Below the pieces are notes generated by a model. It saw only the letters and a list, made by a program, of their open reading frames with translations, ran no database searches and was not told where the DNA came from. A stretch of 44,395 nucleotides of DNA from a virus (Duplodnaviria > Caudoviricetes). Every line of letters begins with the position of its first letter. Position 1 is the stretch's first letter. The DNA lies in IMG/VR virus record IMGVR_UViG_3300012816_000017, positions 1 to 44,395 of that record. One strand, given 5' to 3'. Below, in pieces: positions 1 through 12,700 of the stretch. The position numbers were made by a program, and so were the translations under genes.

Positions 1-659
1 AACTCACCGCCCGCCAGCAGCAGATTCTGGATCTCATCCAGACCGCCATCGCACGCACCGGCGCGCCTCCCACCCGCGCAGAAATCGCGGCCGAGCTGGG
101 TTTCAAGTCAGCCAACGCGGCAGAAGAGCACCTGCAGGCCCTGGCCCGCAAAGGGGTGATCGAACTGGTCAGCGGCACCTCGCGCGGCATCCGCTTGCGC
201 GGAGACACAGTGCGCTCCATCAACGCAGCCCGTGGCAACCAATTCAGCCTGCCCATCCCGGGTCTGTCGCAGCTGGTCTTGCCCCTGGTAGGTCGGGTGG
301 CTGCGGGGTCGCCCATTCTCGCGCAGGAACATGTGGACCAGACCTACAGCGTGGAAAACAGCCTCTTCCAACACAAGCCCGACTACTTGCTCAAGGTGCG
401 GGGCATGTCCATGCGCGACGCAGGCATCATGGACGGTGACTTGCTCGCCGTGCAGTCCACCCGTGAGGCTCGCAATGGTCAGATCATCGTGGCCCGCCTG
501 GGCGATGATGTCACCGTCAAGCGACTTCGCCGCACGGCCACTGCCATCGAGTTGCTGCCCGAAAACCCCGACTATCCAGTGATCGTGGTGCAGCCCGGCG
601 AGCCTTTCGAAATCGAAGGACTGGCAGTGGGACTTATCCGCAACACCATGCTGATGTAG
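1..659 (+). CDS. lexA: SOS repressor LexA (5'-truncated by window edge)
   Basis: Frame from nt 3 reads [13 protein letters not shown]...[30 protein letters not shown] (LexA wHTH), GRVAAGSP (Ala-Gly cleavage site), VRGMSM (catalytic Ser), VTVKR (catalytic Lys). Confidence 0.97.
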   Translation, partial: LTARQQQILDLIQTAIARTGAPPTRAEIAAELGFKSANAAEEHLQALARKGVIELVSGTSRGIRLRGDTVRSINAARGNQFSLPIPGLSQLVLPLVGRVAAGSPILAQEHVDQTYSVENSLFQHKPDYLLKVRGMSMRDAGIMDGDLLAVQSTREARNGQIIVARLGDDVTVKRLRRTATAIELLPENPDYPVIVVQPGEPFEIEGLAVGLIRNTMLM

Positions 660-898
660 CGTGTGCCCCTGGGGCCGCACCGTGGGTGGCGGGCGTTTGG
701 TGAACGGATACAACCGATTCACCAGCCCTGCGGTGCAGGTCCCGTTGAATGCCAAGGCCTCTCAGGCAATGCTTGATGGATCGGCGGAGCAGCTGGCTGC
801 ACTGTCGAGGGATCAACTCGCACTGCGTCTGTCTGCACTGGTTTTCGACCACTTTGCAATCCTGCCTATGTTCAACCCCCGACTTTCGGAGTTTTCAC

Positions 899-1411
899 AT
901 GGGAATTGCTTTGTTCACCCTGTCTGCTGTGCAGAACCCTCTCCGCAGTCTTAAAAAGCTGCTTGCCAACCCAGCCGGTGCCCCCAAAGACAGACTGGAC
1001 CTGCGGGCACAGCCAGTCGGCATGAGACGTGCCAGGCCAGGCAACGCCCCAGCATCGGCCTCCCGCAGCGATGAAGCTCAAGCCCTGGTTCCCAGCAACT
1101 CCACAGAGCCAAAGGCGCAACGTCCATTGCGCGGAAATTGGCCCTTTACCGCCAAACCTCCAGCACGAACGCCGGAAAGCCCGACCAGACCCTCTGCCAC
1201 CCACCGCTCCTTCCTGCCAACACACATGGCCAGCAGCAAACGACAGGCCTTCTTGGCGTCGGTGGGTGCAGACCACTGCCCACCACAATCCACCCGGGTG
1301 CTGCGTCGGGCCTCTGACACAGGCACCTGCCGCCTGGTAATTGCTGGCCGCATGGCCGATGTGTGCGCAGAGCTGGACCGCCTGGCAGCGTCCGAGGCGC
1401 TCCGGGCCTGA
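899..1411 (+). CDS. Host hypothetical protein downstream of lexA
   Basis: ATG at 899 after GGAG; ORF ends in RLVIAGRMADVCAELDRLAA; outside the prophage. Confidence 0.6.
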   Translation: MGIALFTLSAVQNPLRSLKKLLANPAGAPKDRLDLRAQPVGMRRARPGNAPASASRSDEAQALVPSNSTEPKAQRPLRGNWPFTAKPPARTPESPTRPSATHRSFLPTHMASSKRQAFLASVGADHCPPQSTRVLRRASDTGTCRLVIAGRMADVCAELDRLAASEALRA

Positions 1412-1725
1412 TTCGCAGAGCGCAGCAGGCGGCACGAGCGCCAAGCCCTCTTCTACGCCCCGCGCACCAAGGCTGCGGCAATGTCAGGCAGTGCTCGATC
1501 CGCAAACGTCTAACACCGGGGCACCGGCAGGTCCAAAAATCTGCGCCGAGCTGCAGCAGTCGTGGTGCATGGAACTCTCTGAGTGCGGACTTCCGTGCAC
1601 GCGCAGTGCAAGAAATACGTCTGCGGGGCCCATGCAGCACTCAGTCACCAAAAAACCGCAGGCTTTGGTATGCCCAGCACGGCCCCTGTGGCATTCCCCT
1701 GCGCCCGTCAAGGCACAATGTCGGC

Positions 1726-1746
1726 ATGAATATTGTGATCCTCGAT
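1726..1746 (+). other. attL: orphaned original 5' end (MNIVILD) of the D-2-hydroxyacid dehydrogenase gene; shared core ATCCTCGA at 1738-1745
   Basis: atgaatattgtgatcctcgat here vs atgaatatcgttatcctcgac at 43440-43460; same peptide, 3 synonymous differences. Confidence 0.9.
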
Positions 1747-1785
1747 TTTCATATTCTCCAATGAAAATAGATTATCAACCCAATT

Positions 1786-1806
1786 ACCTACGCTGAAACC
1801 TACGCC
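1786..1806 (+). repeat. Putative integrase arm-type sites (ACCTACGC x2)
   Basis: acctacgc at 1786-1793 and aaacctacgcc at 1796-1806; identical 11-mer occurs in tandem at 43267-43288. Confidence 0.7.
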
Positions 1807-1836
1807 CCTTTCAGAACCACCCTACCTCGCGGCACC

Positions 1837-2145
1837 ATGTATTGCATCGTTTACCGGCTCTATGACGGCCAGGGCAACCGGCTGGATAACGAAGTGGCGC
1901 GAAGCAATGGGCAGCGGGGGTGGCTTGTGTATCGGCAAAAGCGCCCCGTCACTGGCGAGCCGTTCTGCCATGCTTTGCTGCTGCCCAAGGAGGGGGCGCC
2001 GGATCATTCTGCCCTGCTGACCCCGCTGAATCACGCCAGGCTGCGGGCACTTCATGGCGGCCTGCGGTTGACGGGGCAGGACTTCGATGCTGGCCACAGA
2101 TACCTCAAGCAGGCGTGGTGGGCCGTGCCGGTGATGGAGCAGTAG
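1837..2145 (+). CDS. Hypothetical phage protein at left prophage end
   Basis: 102-aa ORF, opposite to the lysis cassette, ending in QAWWAVPV. Confidence 0.6.
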   Translation: MYCIVYRLYDGQGNRLDNEVARSNGQRGWLVYRQKRPVTGEPFCHALLLPKEGAPDHSALLTPLNHARLRALHGGLRLTGQDFDAGHRYLKQAWWAVPVMEQ

Positions 2146-2303
2146 GGCCCTGTTTCAATCAATGCGTGGCGGTGGCCCGTCATCCCGGCGGGGAATGGCC
2201 TGGCGCTGGGCCCGCTCCTGCAGCTCCCTGGCCATCTCGCGCCGGTCTCGGCGCTGGCGTTGAGCGAGCTGGCGGGCAGCCTTGGGAGTGCGTGCGGGTT
2301 GCA

Positions 2304-2600
2304 TCACTGCGCCTTTGGCGATGGCACGGCTTCTACGGGCGCCGTGCACGCAACCAGCGCAGTACGCAACAGGCCCTCGTAACCATCGCGGCGTTCAATC
2401 TCTGCCTGGGCGGCCTGGGTGAACTGGTCCACCGTCGCCCCCGGCCTCAGGGCCTCGGTGGGCATCACTGGGCGGGCGGGTTCTTTCTCCTGGCAGGCCA
2501 CAGGCACGGCCACGTTCACGCGCTGGATTTCCACACGATTCCCAGCCGTACCGCAAGCCGATAAAGCGCAAGCAGCTATCAATGCAATAGCGGTTTTCAT
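2304..2600 (-). CDS. o-spanin (Rz1-like lipoprotein)
   Basis: Lipobox MKTAIALIAACALSAC, Pro-rich, last gene of the lysis cassette. Confidence 0.8.
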   Translation of the reverse strand: MKTAIALIAACALSACGTAGNRVEIQRVNVAVPVACQEKEPARPVMPTEALRPGATVDQFTQAAQAEIERRDGYEGLLRTALVACTAPVEAVPSPKAQ

Positions 2601-2974
2601 GGCTTCACCCTCCCCTTGAGCCAGTCATCCACCCGGGCCTGCGCACTGGCGCACGCGTCACCCGGTACCGGCGCGGGCGTGGACAAGATCACATCGGCGC
2701 GCTGGTTGTGGCTTTGCGCTGCGCTGGCAGCGGCCGCACGGGCGGGCGCTGCCACGATGTAGCGGCGGTCTGCCAGCTTGCGCAGGTCATCCACCGATGC
2801 AGAGCACTCGCTGGCCACTTGGCGGATGCCGTTGCGCTGCGCTTCCATGTCGCGCAGGGCGGTCTTTGCCACCGCGGTGTCGTCGCGCTGGCCCAGGTAG
2901 GCCCAGCCCAGCAGACCATTAGCTGCGAGGCTGATGCCCAGCGCCACCAACATGGGGTTGATGGCGGGCATCAC
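2597..2974 (-). CDS. i-spanin (Rz-like)
   Basis: N-terminal TM helix followed by coiled coil; directly after endolysin. Confidence 0.75.
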   Translation of the reverse strand: MMPAINPMLVALGISLAANGLLGWAYLGQRDDTAVAKTALRDMEAQRNGIRQVASECSASVDDLRKLADRRYIVAAPARAAAASAAQSHNQRADVILSTPAPVPGDACASAQARVDDWLKGRVKP

Positions 2975-3519
2975 AGCAGCACCGCCTTTGCCGCCTCATA
3001 CAGCGCCAACCGGTCGGCCAGGCCGTTGGTGCCGCCGTTGATGCGCTTGGTGATGCGAATGAAGTCGCCGAGGTCGGCAAAGGTGTTGAGCTCGCGGCTG
3101 TGCCAGAACCATGCGGCGCTCATGGCGGCCAGGTCGGGGCGCTCCAGCAGTGCGGGAAAGGCCTCCAGATCGGGCACGTTGGGCAGGTATGCGGCCAGGC
3201 CGTCGCGGGTGGCGCAGTAGTTGGCGCGGCCGGTGGTCTGGATGAGGCCGCGCCCCATGTAGCGTTTGCCGTCCCCTGGCTGGGTGTTGCCCAGGTCTGC
3301 CCTGCCCTCGTACCGCTGCTGGGCGGGCGTGGGGCCCCAGATTTCGCGCACGTACACCAGGCGGCCAGACTCGTGCCCGATCTGGGCCAGGAAGGCGGCC
3401 AGCCGGGCAGGCGTGTTGATGGCGAAGGTTTCGCAGGCCTTGGTGATGTGCGGCAGCCAGTCATCGGCCCTGGCGGCGGTGCAGCCGGTGGCGGCGCGCA
3501 GTTGTTGTGCAGTGAGCAT
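2971..3519 (-). CDS. Endolysin, glycoside hydrolase family 19
   Basis: AAFLAQIGHESG, YMGRGLIQTTGRANY, SAAWFW, ITKRINGGTNGLADR motifs. Confidence 0.93.
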   Translation of the reverse strand: MLTAQQLRAATGCTAARADDWLPHITKACETFAINTPARLAAFLAQIGHESGRLVYVREIWGPTPAQQRYEGRADLGNTQPGDGKRYMGRGLIQTTGRANYCATRDGLAAYLPNVPDLEAFPALLERPDLAAMSAAWFWHSRELNTFADLGDFIRITKRINGGTNGLADRLALYEAAKAVLL

Positions 3520-3522
3520 GAG

Positions 3523-3804
3523 CTACCCCTTGTTGTTGGTGAACTGCCAAGGCGTTCCACCCGACCAAAAATGCGATGTGACCCACTGCACCTGCACTAT
3601 GGCCAGCGCAAGAAGCACTCCAAACCATGGCAGAGGCCAGCCCACCAAAGGCCAGGCCATGCCGAGCGCTGCAACCGTGCCCAGCGCCCAAAACGACAGC
3701 CGAATGGACGCCCGGGTGCGCCGGGTGGTCTTTTGCATGCGACAGAAGACGGTGATGAAAAGCAGCAGGCAAGCAGCCTCGTGCGCGAAAAGTAGATGAC
3801 TCAT
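3523..3804 (-). CDS. Small membrane protein, putative holin/antiholin
   Basis: 93 aa, about 3 hydrophobic segments, immediately upstream of endolysin. Confidence 0.6.
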   Translation of the reverse strand: MSHLLFAHEAACLLLFITVFCRMQKTTRRTRASIRLSFWALGTVAALGMAWPLVGWPLPWFGVLLALAIVQVQWVTSHFWSGGTPWQFTNNKG

Positions 3805-4187
3805 GGCTTAGCTCCCCCACCAACACGGGAAAGCACAGCCTGCAGCGCTGCGCCTACCGCCTCAAACACCGGGCGCCATCCGTTGCCCAGCGCGCCAATG
3901 GCAAAAGCCACAGGCGCCAGCGCCTCGTTGGCCGGGATCTGCCACTGGCTCTGCAGCACCAGCGACATGGCCGACGTGAGCGCTACAGCCGTGAGCGTGC
4001 ACCGCAATAACAGCCAGAAACCAGCCGTGCGCGTCATGGTGTCGGCAGCACTGAGCGGCCATAACGCACCAGCCAGGGCGGCAAATACGATGAGCGCATA
4101 TGGCCCAGCCATAGGGCCGAGCAGCGCTACAGCCAAGGTAGCCAGGCTGATGCCTGCCGAAGTGGATGTGGTCAATGGTTCTGGCAT
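3801..4187 (-). CDS. Putative holin
   Basis: Start MPEPLTTSTSAG at 4187; multiple TM segments; lysis cassette position. Confidence 0.65.
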   Translation of the reverse strand: MPEPLTTSTSAGISLATLAVALLGPMAGPYALIVFAALAGALWPLSAADTMTRTAGFWLLLRCTLTAVALTSAMSLVLQSQWQIPANEALAPVAFAIGALGNGWRPVFEAVGAALQAVLSRVGGGAKP

Positions 4188-4209
4188 GGGCTCCCTCTGG
4201 TTTGTTGTT

Positions 4210-4548
4210 TTAGATGTGATCCCCGCTGGGGTCGAACGGATCCAGCAGCGGCTCGGCCCAGGCCGCCACCGCCTTGCGCCAGCCCGTGCTGGTGGCGTTG
4301 TGGCGCTTGAGGCGGCTGGTGACCGTGCCCTCGCGCGGCAGCTCGGCCAGCAGCAGGGTGAGCACAAACACGTTGGCCAGGAAGTCCAGCGCCAACCCAG
4401 CGAACAGCACCGGGTAGCCGAAGGCCTTGGCAGTGCGCGTGAGCAAGCCGGCGTCATTGGCGCGCTTGAGGCTCATGACGGCCAGGTAGAACACCCACAG
4501 GGCGTAGAGCGTGATGAAGCCCGCGAGGGCGATGGCGATAGCGGTCAT
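4210..4548 (-). CDS. Phage membrane protein, hypothetical
   Basis: MTAIAIALAGFITLYALWVFYLAVM..., two hydrophobic segments, ends LDPFDPSGDHI. Confidence 0.65.
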   Translation of the reverse strand: MTAIAIALAGFITLYALWVFYLAVMSLKRANDAGLLTRTAKAFGYPVLFAGLALDFLANVFVLTLLLAELPREGTVTSRLKRHNATSTGWRKAVAAWAEPLLDPFDPSGDHI

Positions 4549-4559
4549 GTCGGTCCTCT

Positions 4560-6828
<2,269 letters not shown>

Positions 6829-6838
6829 GGGGCGGTCC

Positions 6839-7477
6839 TCAGATGTACGCAGGGGCAATGCCGCTGATGTCGCGCACCAGCTGCATGTCGGCAGCTGTGG
6901 TGCGCTTGGATGCGTTGGCGCCATGCTGGCGCCACAGGCGGCCCACCAGGGGCACGTGCACAGGCAAGCTGGCGGCGGGCTGGGGCACGTTGGGCCGGGC
7001 CACCAGCAGGCTGAGCAGGTAGTGCGACAGCCAGCCGCAGCCCAACAGGCGGTGCAGCACAGGGGCCACGCTGGCGCGGCGGTACAGGACCACGCCGTGC
7101 ACATGCATAGGACTGTTGCGGTGGCTGCGCTGGCTGTAGCCGCGCGTCGCGTGCTGGGGGGCGCCCAGGGCCAGCAGGTTTTCGTCCACCAGCAGCTCAC
7201 CCGCCCAGGCAAAGGGCGCGGCGGGGTGGGCCTGCAGTGCGGCCAGCAGGGCGGCAAAGGTGCCGGGCAGGATGCGGTCGTCAGGGTCTGCATAGCTGAC
7301 GAATGGGGCGCTGCCTTGGGCATAGCCCTGGGCCAGGGCGGCGCCCAGCTGGCCGTCAATGCCGGGCAGCCAGTGCTGGTTGACGGGCTCGCGCGCCAGG
7401 TCGGCCCGCAGCTCGTCGGCCCAGGCGGCGCTGTGGCTTGGCATGGTGAGGACGTGGCAGTCGATGGGGTGGGTCAT
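6839..7477 (-). CDS. Glycosyltransferase, GT-A fold (family 2-like)
   Basis: LGAALAQGYAQGSAPFVSYADPDDRILPG matches the GT2 pattern ending in a DxDD motif; C-terminal RLWRQHG. Confidence 0.7.
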   Translation of the reverse strand: MTHPIDCHVLTMPSHSAAWADELRADLAREPVNQHWLPGIDGQLGAALAQGYAQGSAPFVSYADPDDRILPGTFAALLAALQAHPAAPFAWAGELLVDENLLALGAPQHATRGYSQRSHRNSPMHVHGVVLYRRASVAPVLHRLLGCGWLSHYLLSLLVARPNVPQPAASLPVHVPLVGRLWRQHGANASKRTTAADMQLVRDISGIAPAYI

Positions 7478-7487
7478 GGCTGCGCGC

Positions 7488-8111
7488 TCACTCGGGCAAG
7501 GGGATGGCGTAGGGGTTGAGCTGGTAGCCCGGGCGCAGCACGATGCGGCCCACAGTCTCGGTGCCGATGCTGGCGGTGCATACCAGCGATGCCCACCAGG
7601 GCGGGCCAGACACAGGCATCTGCCCGGGCAGCACGGTGATGCGCAGGGAGCTGTCGCGCTGCACGACCGTGACGCCATCCCAGGTAACAGGGTCGCTGTC
7701 GGGGTCGAAGTAGTCGTAGGGCGGCAGGTCGGGCACGTCCAGCGTCCAGGCCCAGGTGACGGCCTGCGATGAGTAGCCGATGACTACGGCATCAAAAGCC
7801 GATTCGCGGTCTGCATCCAAAATGGGCACGTAGCCACCCACCAGGCGCCAATCTGCGAACAGGGGGCGGTAGATTTCGTCCACATGGCGCATGCCGGATA
7901 TGGCGGTGATGGGCTCGTCGTAGTAGATGGCGCCCTGCAGCAGGGCCGGGAACAGGGCCACACCCACAATGCCCGCCGTGTCGGGCGGTGCGACAGGGGA
8001 TGCGGCGGCGCCCTGCCCGGCCTTTTGCAGCTGCAGCGCCAGGTTGACCTGGCCGCCCGGCACTTGCTGCGCGGGGCGGGATGGGAAAAAGCGGCGGCGC
8101 TGCTCGGTCAT
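7488..8111 (-). CDS. Hypothetical tail-module protein
   Basis: 207-aa ORF coupled to neighbours in the tail operon. Confidence 0.6.
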   Translation of the reverse strand: MTEQRRRFFPSRPAQQVPGGQVNLALQLQKAGQGAAASPVAPPDTAGIVGVALFPALLQGAIYYDEPITAISGMRHVDEIYRPLFADWRLVGGYVPILDADRESAFDAVVIGYSSQAVTWAWTLDVPDLPPYDYFDPDSDPVTWDGVTVVQRDSSLRITVLPGQMPVSGPPWWASLVCTASIGTETVGRIVLRPGYQLNPYAIPLPE

Positions 8112-9736
8112 ACCACCACCACGGCCTCGGTGGGCTGGTAGCCCGTGGCCTCGATCAGCAGCACATGGCGGCCACGCTCAGCGGGGAAGGACACGCGCCC
8201 TGCCCCGTCTGCAATGCGGGTGGCGGCGCCGTCCAGCGTGATGCTGGCGCCCGCCAGGGGGCGGCCTTGTTCGTCCAGCGCCGTGAAGATGATCTGCCCG
8301 TTGGCCACCTCGACGGTGATGCCGGGCTGGATGACGGGGTCGAACGCGGTGGACAGGCGCGTGGTTTCGATGGCGGGGGCGCTGCCCACCGGCGCCTCGA
8401 TGGCGCAGGACAGCGTGGCGGCTCCCAGGTCCAGGTCGGCAGACACCAGGCGGTGGCGGCCTTGCAGCGGGCTTTGGGGGTGGGCCATGTCCACCCAAGC
8501 GCCGGTGGCGCTGTTGGCAAACGACTGCTGCCAGGTGACGCGCCAGCGCGGCCGCGCCAGCCAGCCCAGCATGCGCTGGCCCAGGGCCTCGGCATGGCGG
8601 GGGCTGCGCAGCCAGGGGGCCGTCCATTCGAGCTCCAGCTCGCCATAGTCCTTGACCACGTCGGGCGCACGCAGCTGGATGGCGCGGCGGTAGCGCTGGG
8701 CGGCGTGGTCAAAGTCATACAGCACGCGCAGCACGGTGTACACGCCCTGGGCGCTGGTGGCCGCCTGCAGGCTGGTGGCGGTGAGCTTGGTGACGGGCAT
8801 GGCGGGCGCCGTGGCATCCGCCAGCGGGGGCCAGGTGGTGGCAATGCCAGGCATGGCGGCAGACCAGGCGCTGCCGGCGCTTTGCATGAGGCCATCGACC
8901 GCCGCGCGGATGCTGATGCCGTTATCGGCCAGCAGGCCGCCCAGCACGATGTGCGCGGTCTCGGTGCGGTAGTCGTCCAGGTCGGGCCACTGCACGGGGG
9001 CGTGGGCCAGGTTGGCCAGCAGGTCAAACAGCACCTCGGCAGGGGTTTGCAACAGCTGGCCGGTGGTGGGGTGCATGCGGCCGCGCACGGTGGCAGCCAG
9101 GCGCTCGCCATCGGCCAGCGGTTGCGCCAGCTCCAAAAAGGCCACGGCCTGGCCGGTGCTGTCCACACCGTTGCGCCAGGCCCAGTCTTGCGCGGGCACA
9201 TCGTCGCGGGTGACGGCGTCCACCCCTGCAATGGGGTGGTCTGCCAGCAGGTACAGGCGCTGATCGTCGCTGTACTGGATGGGGGCCAGCGTGACGCTGC
9301 CGTAGGCCCAGGGCAGCACGCGCACGTCGCGCCAGCCACCCCACACGGCGCTGGTGCGCAGGGGCAGGTTGTCTGACAGGGGGCGGTCTAACCCGGCCTC
9401 CAGGCTCAGGCGCAGTTCGTCGCCCAGCTGCAGCGCCGTGACCACGCCCTCAAACAAGGTCTTGCCGCTGGCAGCGTCTGCCACCGTGGCACGGCGGCGC
9501 ACAGGTGGGCGCTGGCCCCACAGGCGTGTCAGCTCGCCGTCCTGGTTGCTCAGCTCGGCATCCATGCTGCTGCCGGGTGCGGGGGCTATGCCTGGGATGG
9601 ACAGGGGCCGCTGCAGCGCGCTGATGGTGCGCAGGCGCGGCACCAGCAGGCCCGTGGCAGGCGGCGCGCTGCCGGGCGCGGCCAGGGTGTAGGCCGCGGC
9701 GGCGTCTGTGGCGGCGATGGTGATGAGGGCTTGCAT
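8108..9736 (-). CDS. Tail tip/hub protein with C-terminal Ig/carboxypeptidase-regulatory-like domain
   Basis: 542 aa; C-terminal DEQGRPLAGASITLDG...ADGAGRVSF; tail operon position. Confidence 0.6.
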   Translation of the reverse strand: MQALITIAATDAAAAYTLAAPGSAPPATGLLVPRLRTISALQRPLSIPGIAPAPGSSMDAELSNQDGELTRLWGQRPPVRRRATVADAASGKTLFEGVVTALQLGDELRLSLEAGLDRPLSDNLPLRTSAVWGGWRDVRVLPWAYGSVTLAPIQYSDDQRLYLLADHPIAGVDAVTRDDVPAQDWAWRNGVDSTGQAVAFLELAQPLADGERLAATVRGRMHPTTGQLLQTPAEVLFDLLANLAHAPVQWPDLDDYRTETAHIVLGGLLADNGISIRAAVDGLMQSAGSAWSAAMPGIATTWPPLADATAPAMPVTKLTATSLQAATSAQGVYTVLRVLYDFDHAAQRYRRAIQLRAPDVVKDYGELELEWTAPWLRSPRHAEALGQRMLGWLARPRWRVTWQQSFANSATGAWVDMAHPQSPLQGRHRLVSADLDLGAATLSCAIEAPVGSAPAIETTRLSTAFDPVIQPGITVEVANGQIIFTALDEQGRPLAGASITLDGAATRIADGAGRVSFPAERGRHVLLIEATGYQPTEAVVVV

Positions 9737-9748
9737 CGTGCCGGGTTG

Positions 9749-12700
9749 TCAGGTGTAGAGAGGGTCCAGCGTGAGGCTGGCCGACAGCAGGCGCTTGGCG
9801 CTGGCGTTGGGCTGGTATTCGTGCACGTCTTTCACATCCAGCGCATCGGTACCGGCCTTGACCAGGGCGGCGTCTTGCGGGTGCAGGTAGTGGGGCAGGA
9901 AGATCAAGGGCTCGTCTTGCTGCTGCGCCCAGTCCACCATGGCTACCAGGTCGGCCACTTCGTCTTGCGACAGGTAGCCACCCAGGGCGCCCTGGGTGTC
10001 CCAGCTCACATCCCAGCCAACACCGGCACCGTTGTACAGCGCCGCGCTGTTGACGCCCTGCCCGCGCTGCACCGCCCAGCGGTGGGTGCGCTTGCACGAT
10101 GAGGCGCTGTAGCAGTAGACAGGCGGCACGCCCGCCCACAGCCAGCCAATGCTGCCGCCCGTGGCACCGGCCAGGTTGACGCGCAGGTAGCGGGCCGCGG
10201 CGTCTGCCGCAAAGGTGTGCAGTGCAATGGGGCCAGACACGTCCAGCGCCACGGCAGCGCCCCAGGTGGCGCCGTCGTCGCTGAGCTGCACGGTGGCGGT
10301 GGCGCCTGCTGGCAGGCTGTAGCGGGCCATGGCCAGCATGGCCAGGGGCTGGCTGGCGCCAAAGTCGAGGGTGGTGCTGGCGGTGGCACCCGCCCAGGCC
10401 CAGGCGGACTCGGTGGCGGCCTGCACGTGGCTGGCGGCGTTGGGCTGGTACACCGAGAAGGTGTAGGCATCACCCGCCACAAAGCTGGGCGCGGCGCCGG
10501 GCTGAAAGGTGGCCTGCAGCCCATCGGCCAGGCCTGCAATGCCGGTGGCCGGAATGTCGGCCACAGCGCTCCAGGCGCCAGCATCTTTGCGCCAGCGGTA
10601 CTGGCCCGCCTCGACCGCAAAGGTGAACTTGTCGCCCAACGCGTAGGGGATGCCGCCCAGCGCCATTTGCAGGGTGACGCCCTCCTGGGTGTAGGTGGGC
10701 ACGGTGCTGCCGTCGGTGGGCACCATGTAGTCGGGCAGCACACCGGCCACGCTGGCAGTGACCCGCCAGGTTTGTTCGTCGGTGCCGTCAATGCCGCCAG
10801 TGAGCCAGGCGGGGCCAGCGCCCACGGTTTGCAGCACGGCGGTGTCGCCCACGCTGTAGGGGCGGTTGTTGTCCACCTGCTGGATGCGGATGGTGACTTC
10901 GTCACCCAGCTGCAGCCGGTCGGGGCAAGCCACCACCAGACCAAAGCCGAATTCTTTGGTGGAATAGGCTGCACCAGTCTCGGTGTTGCGCCGAGCGCTG
11001 ACGTAGCCCTGATTGGTAAATGCGGGCAAGTAATAGCCATCGGTGTCCACCCACCAATTGGCGTCTCCATAGTCAACCCAGCAGCCGCCCGCTTCACCGC
11101 TGCTGGGGTCAGATTTTGGGACGATGCCCGCCAGGGTGCGCACGTAGTCCATGCGTGCGGAGAACTTGCGCACCAGGTCGGTGATGGACACCGACAGCTG
11201 CTGGCGCAGCTCGCGCTGTACCGTGGGCACCGTGCTGTCCACATAGGCGGTCATGTCGATGGTTGTTACCGCGCCCTCGATGCTTTCGGGCAGGCTCGGA
11301 CCGGCGAATGTCGCAAACGTCGCCCCCTCCAGGGCCAACAGGTCAGCCTTCATGTCGGTGAAGGCGTCATCCCATTCCGTTTCTGCCAGCGTGACAACCG
11401 GCAGCTCTGCGTACAGCTCTTTCAGACAGGTGGAGAACGTGGTGGTGATGAGGTCCGCAAAGTCCAGGTCTTTGGCGGTGGTGTAGAACTGCGCCCAGTT
11501 GGAGGCATGGAAATCCCGCCGCCACTGGTAAAGGGATTGGAGCCGCTCCAGATGAGCGGGATCAAGGGCCATAGCGTCGTCTCCGGTGATGCCCAGGCAG
11601 CTGAGCGAAAGGATGGGGGTAGCCACGTCGCTGCACTTGCAGTCAGCAGGCGGGCGGCGCGAGTAGCGGAAAGTGACGGTGAGCGGGCGCGCGTTGACGC
11701 CAAAGCGGAAGGGGCGCACGCAGACGCTGGGCAGGCCATCGCCGTCGCCCCGGTTGACCGGGTTGTATTTGAAGGACCAGCCGCCGTTGCCCTGCCCCGA
11801 GTCGGTGATGACAGGGGTGATGACCGGCACGGTGAACAGCGCGGCGGCGCTGGTGTACGGCACGCCAGTGGTGGCCTGGGCCAGAGTGCCAGACACATCG
11901 CCCTCCACACTCCAGCGCTCTTGCCCAATGGTGTCGGCATTGACGCAGCGCACGATGACGGCCTGGGTGGGCGCAGCCTCGGGAATCACCACGTCCTTGA
12001 GCTTGACGCTGCCGCCGAGCGACAGCAGCCAGGCGCTGGAGCGCAAGGGCACATCAATAGCCGCCTGGCCGCCGATGGTGCGGTCTGCCGCCACCACGCC
12101 CGCCACCTCGACCAGGGCCGAGGCGCCCAGCGCCACCAGCAGGTCATGAAAGCTGACCACGGGCGGCTGCATGACGCCGGTGTCGCCATAGGTCTCGGTG
12201 GTGGTGCCGTCGGTGACGGTGATGATGTAGCCACCGGTGACGGTGAACACCTTGGTGCCCGACGACACGCTGCGCTGCAGCTCGGGCGACAGGCCAAAGC
12301 GCCACTCGCCATCCTTGAAGGTGCGGTAAGGCCGGTACACCTGGGGGTCAAACCCGAACTGAATGCGGGGGCCGTTGGCATCCAGCTCGCCAGCGGTGGA
12401 CAGGGGCAGGCCGCCAAAGTCCCACTGGGGGCCCGTTTGGGTGGCGCTGCCGGTGCTCCAGTCGTTGAGCAATGCCCAGGCGGTGGCCGTGCGCACCAGC
12501 TGGGGGGCTACGGTGATGCGAATGTCGTTGCCCGCGTCGCCGGGGGTTTTGGCGCGGATGCGCACCTCGCGCACGTCCAGCCCCGCATTGGCGGTGGGCA
12601 CGCCCAGGTCTGCCAGGGTGAGGGAAAAGGTCTGCTGCGCGGCGCCTGCATCCACATCCACCACGGCCAGCTGGCCGTTGCCCACGCCCACAAACTGGGG

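Noticed and set aside
1-1800. Functional link between lexA and the adjacent prophage
   Set aside because: The att site is in the dehydrogenase gene, and I found no convincing CTGT-N8-ACAG box in the phage by eye; proximity may be coincidental.
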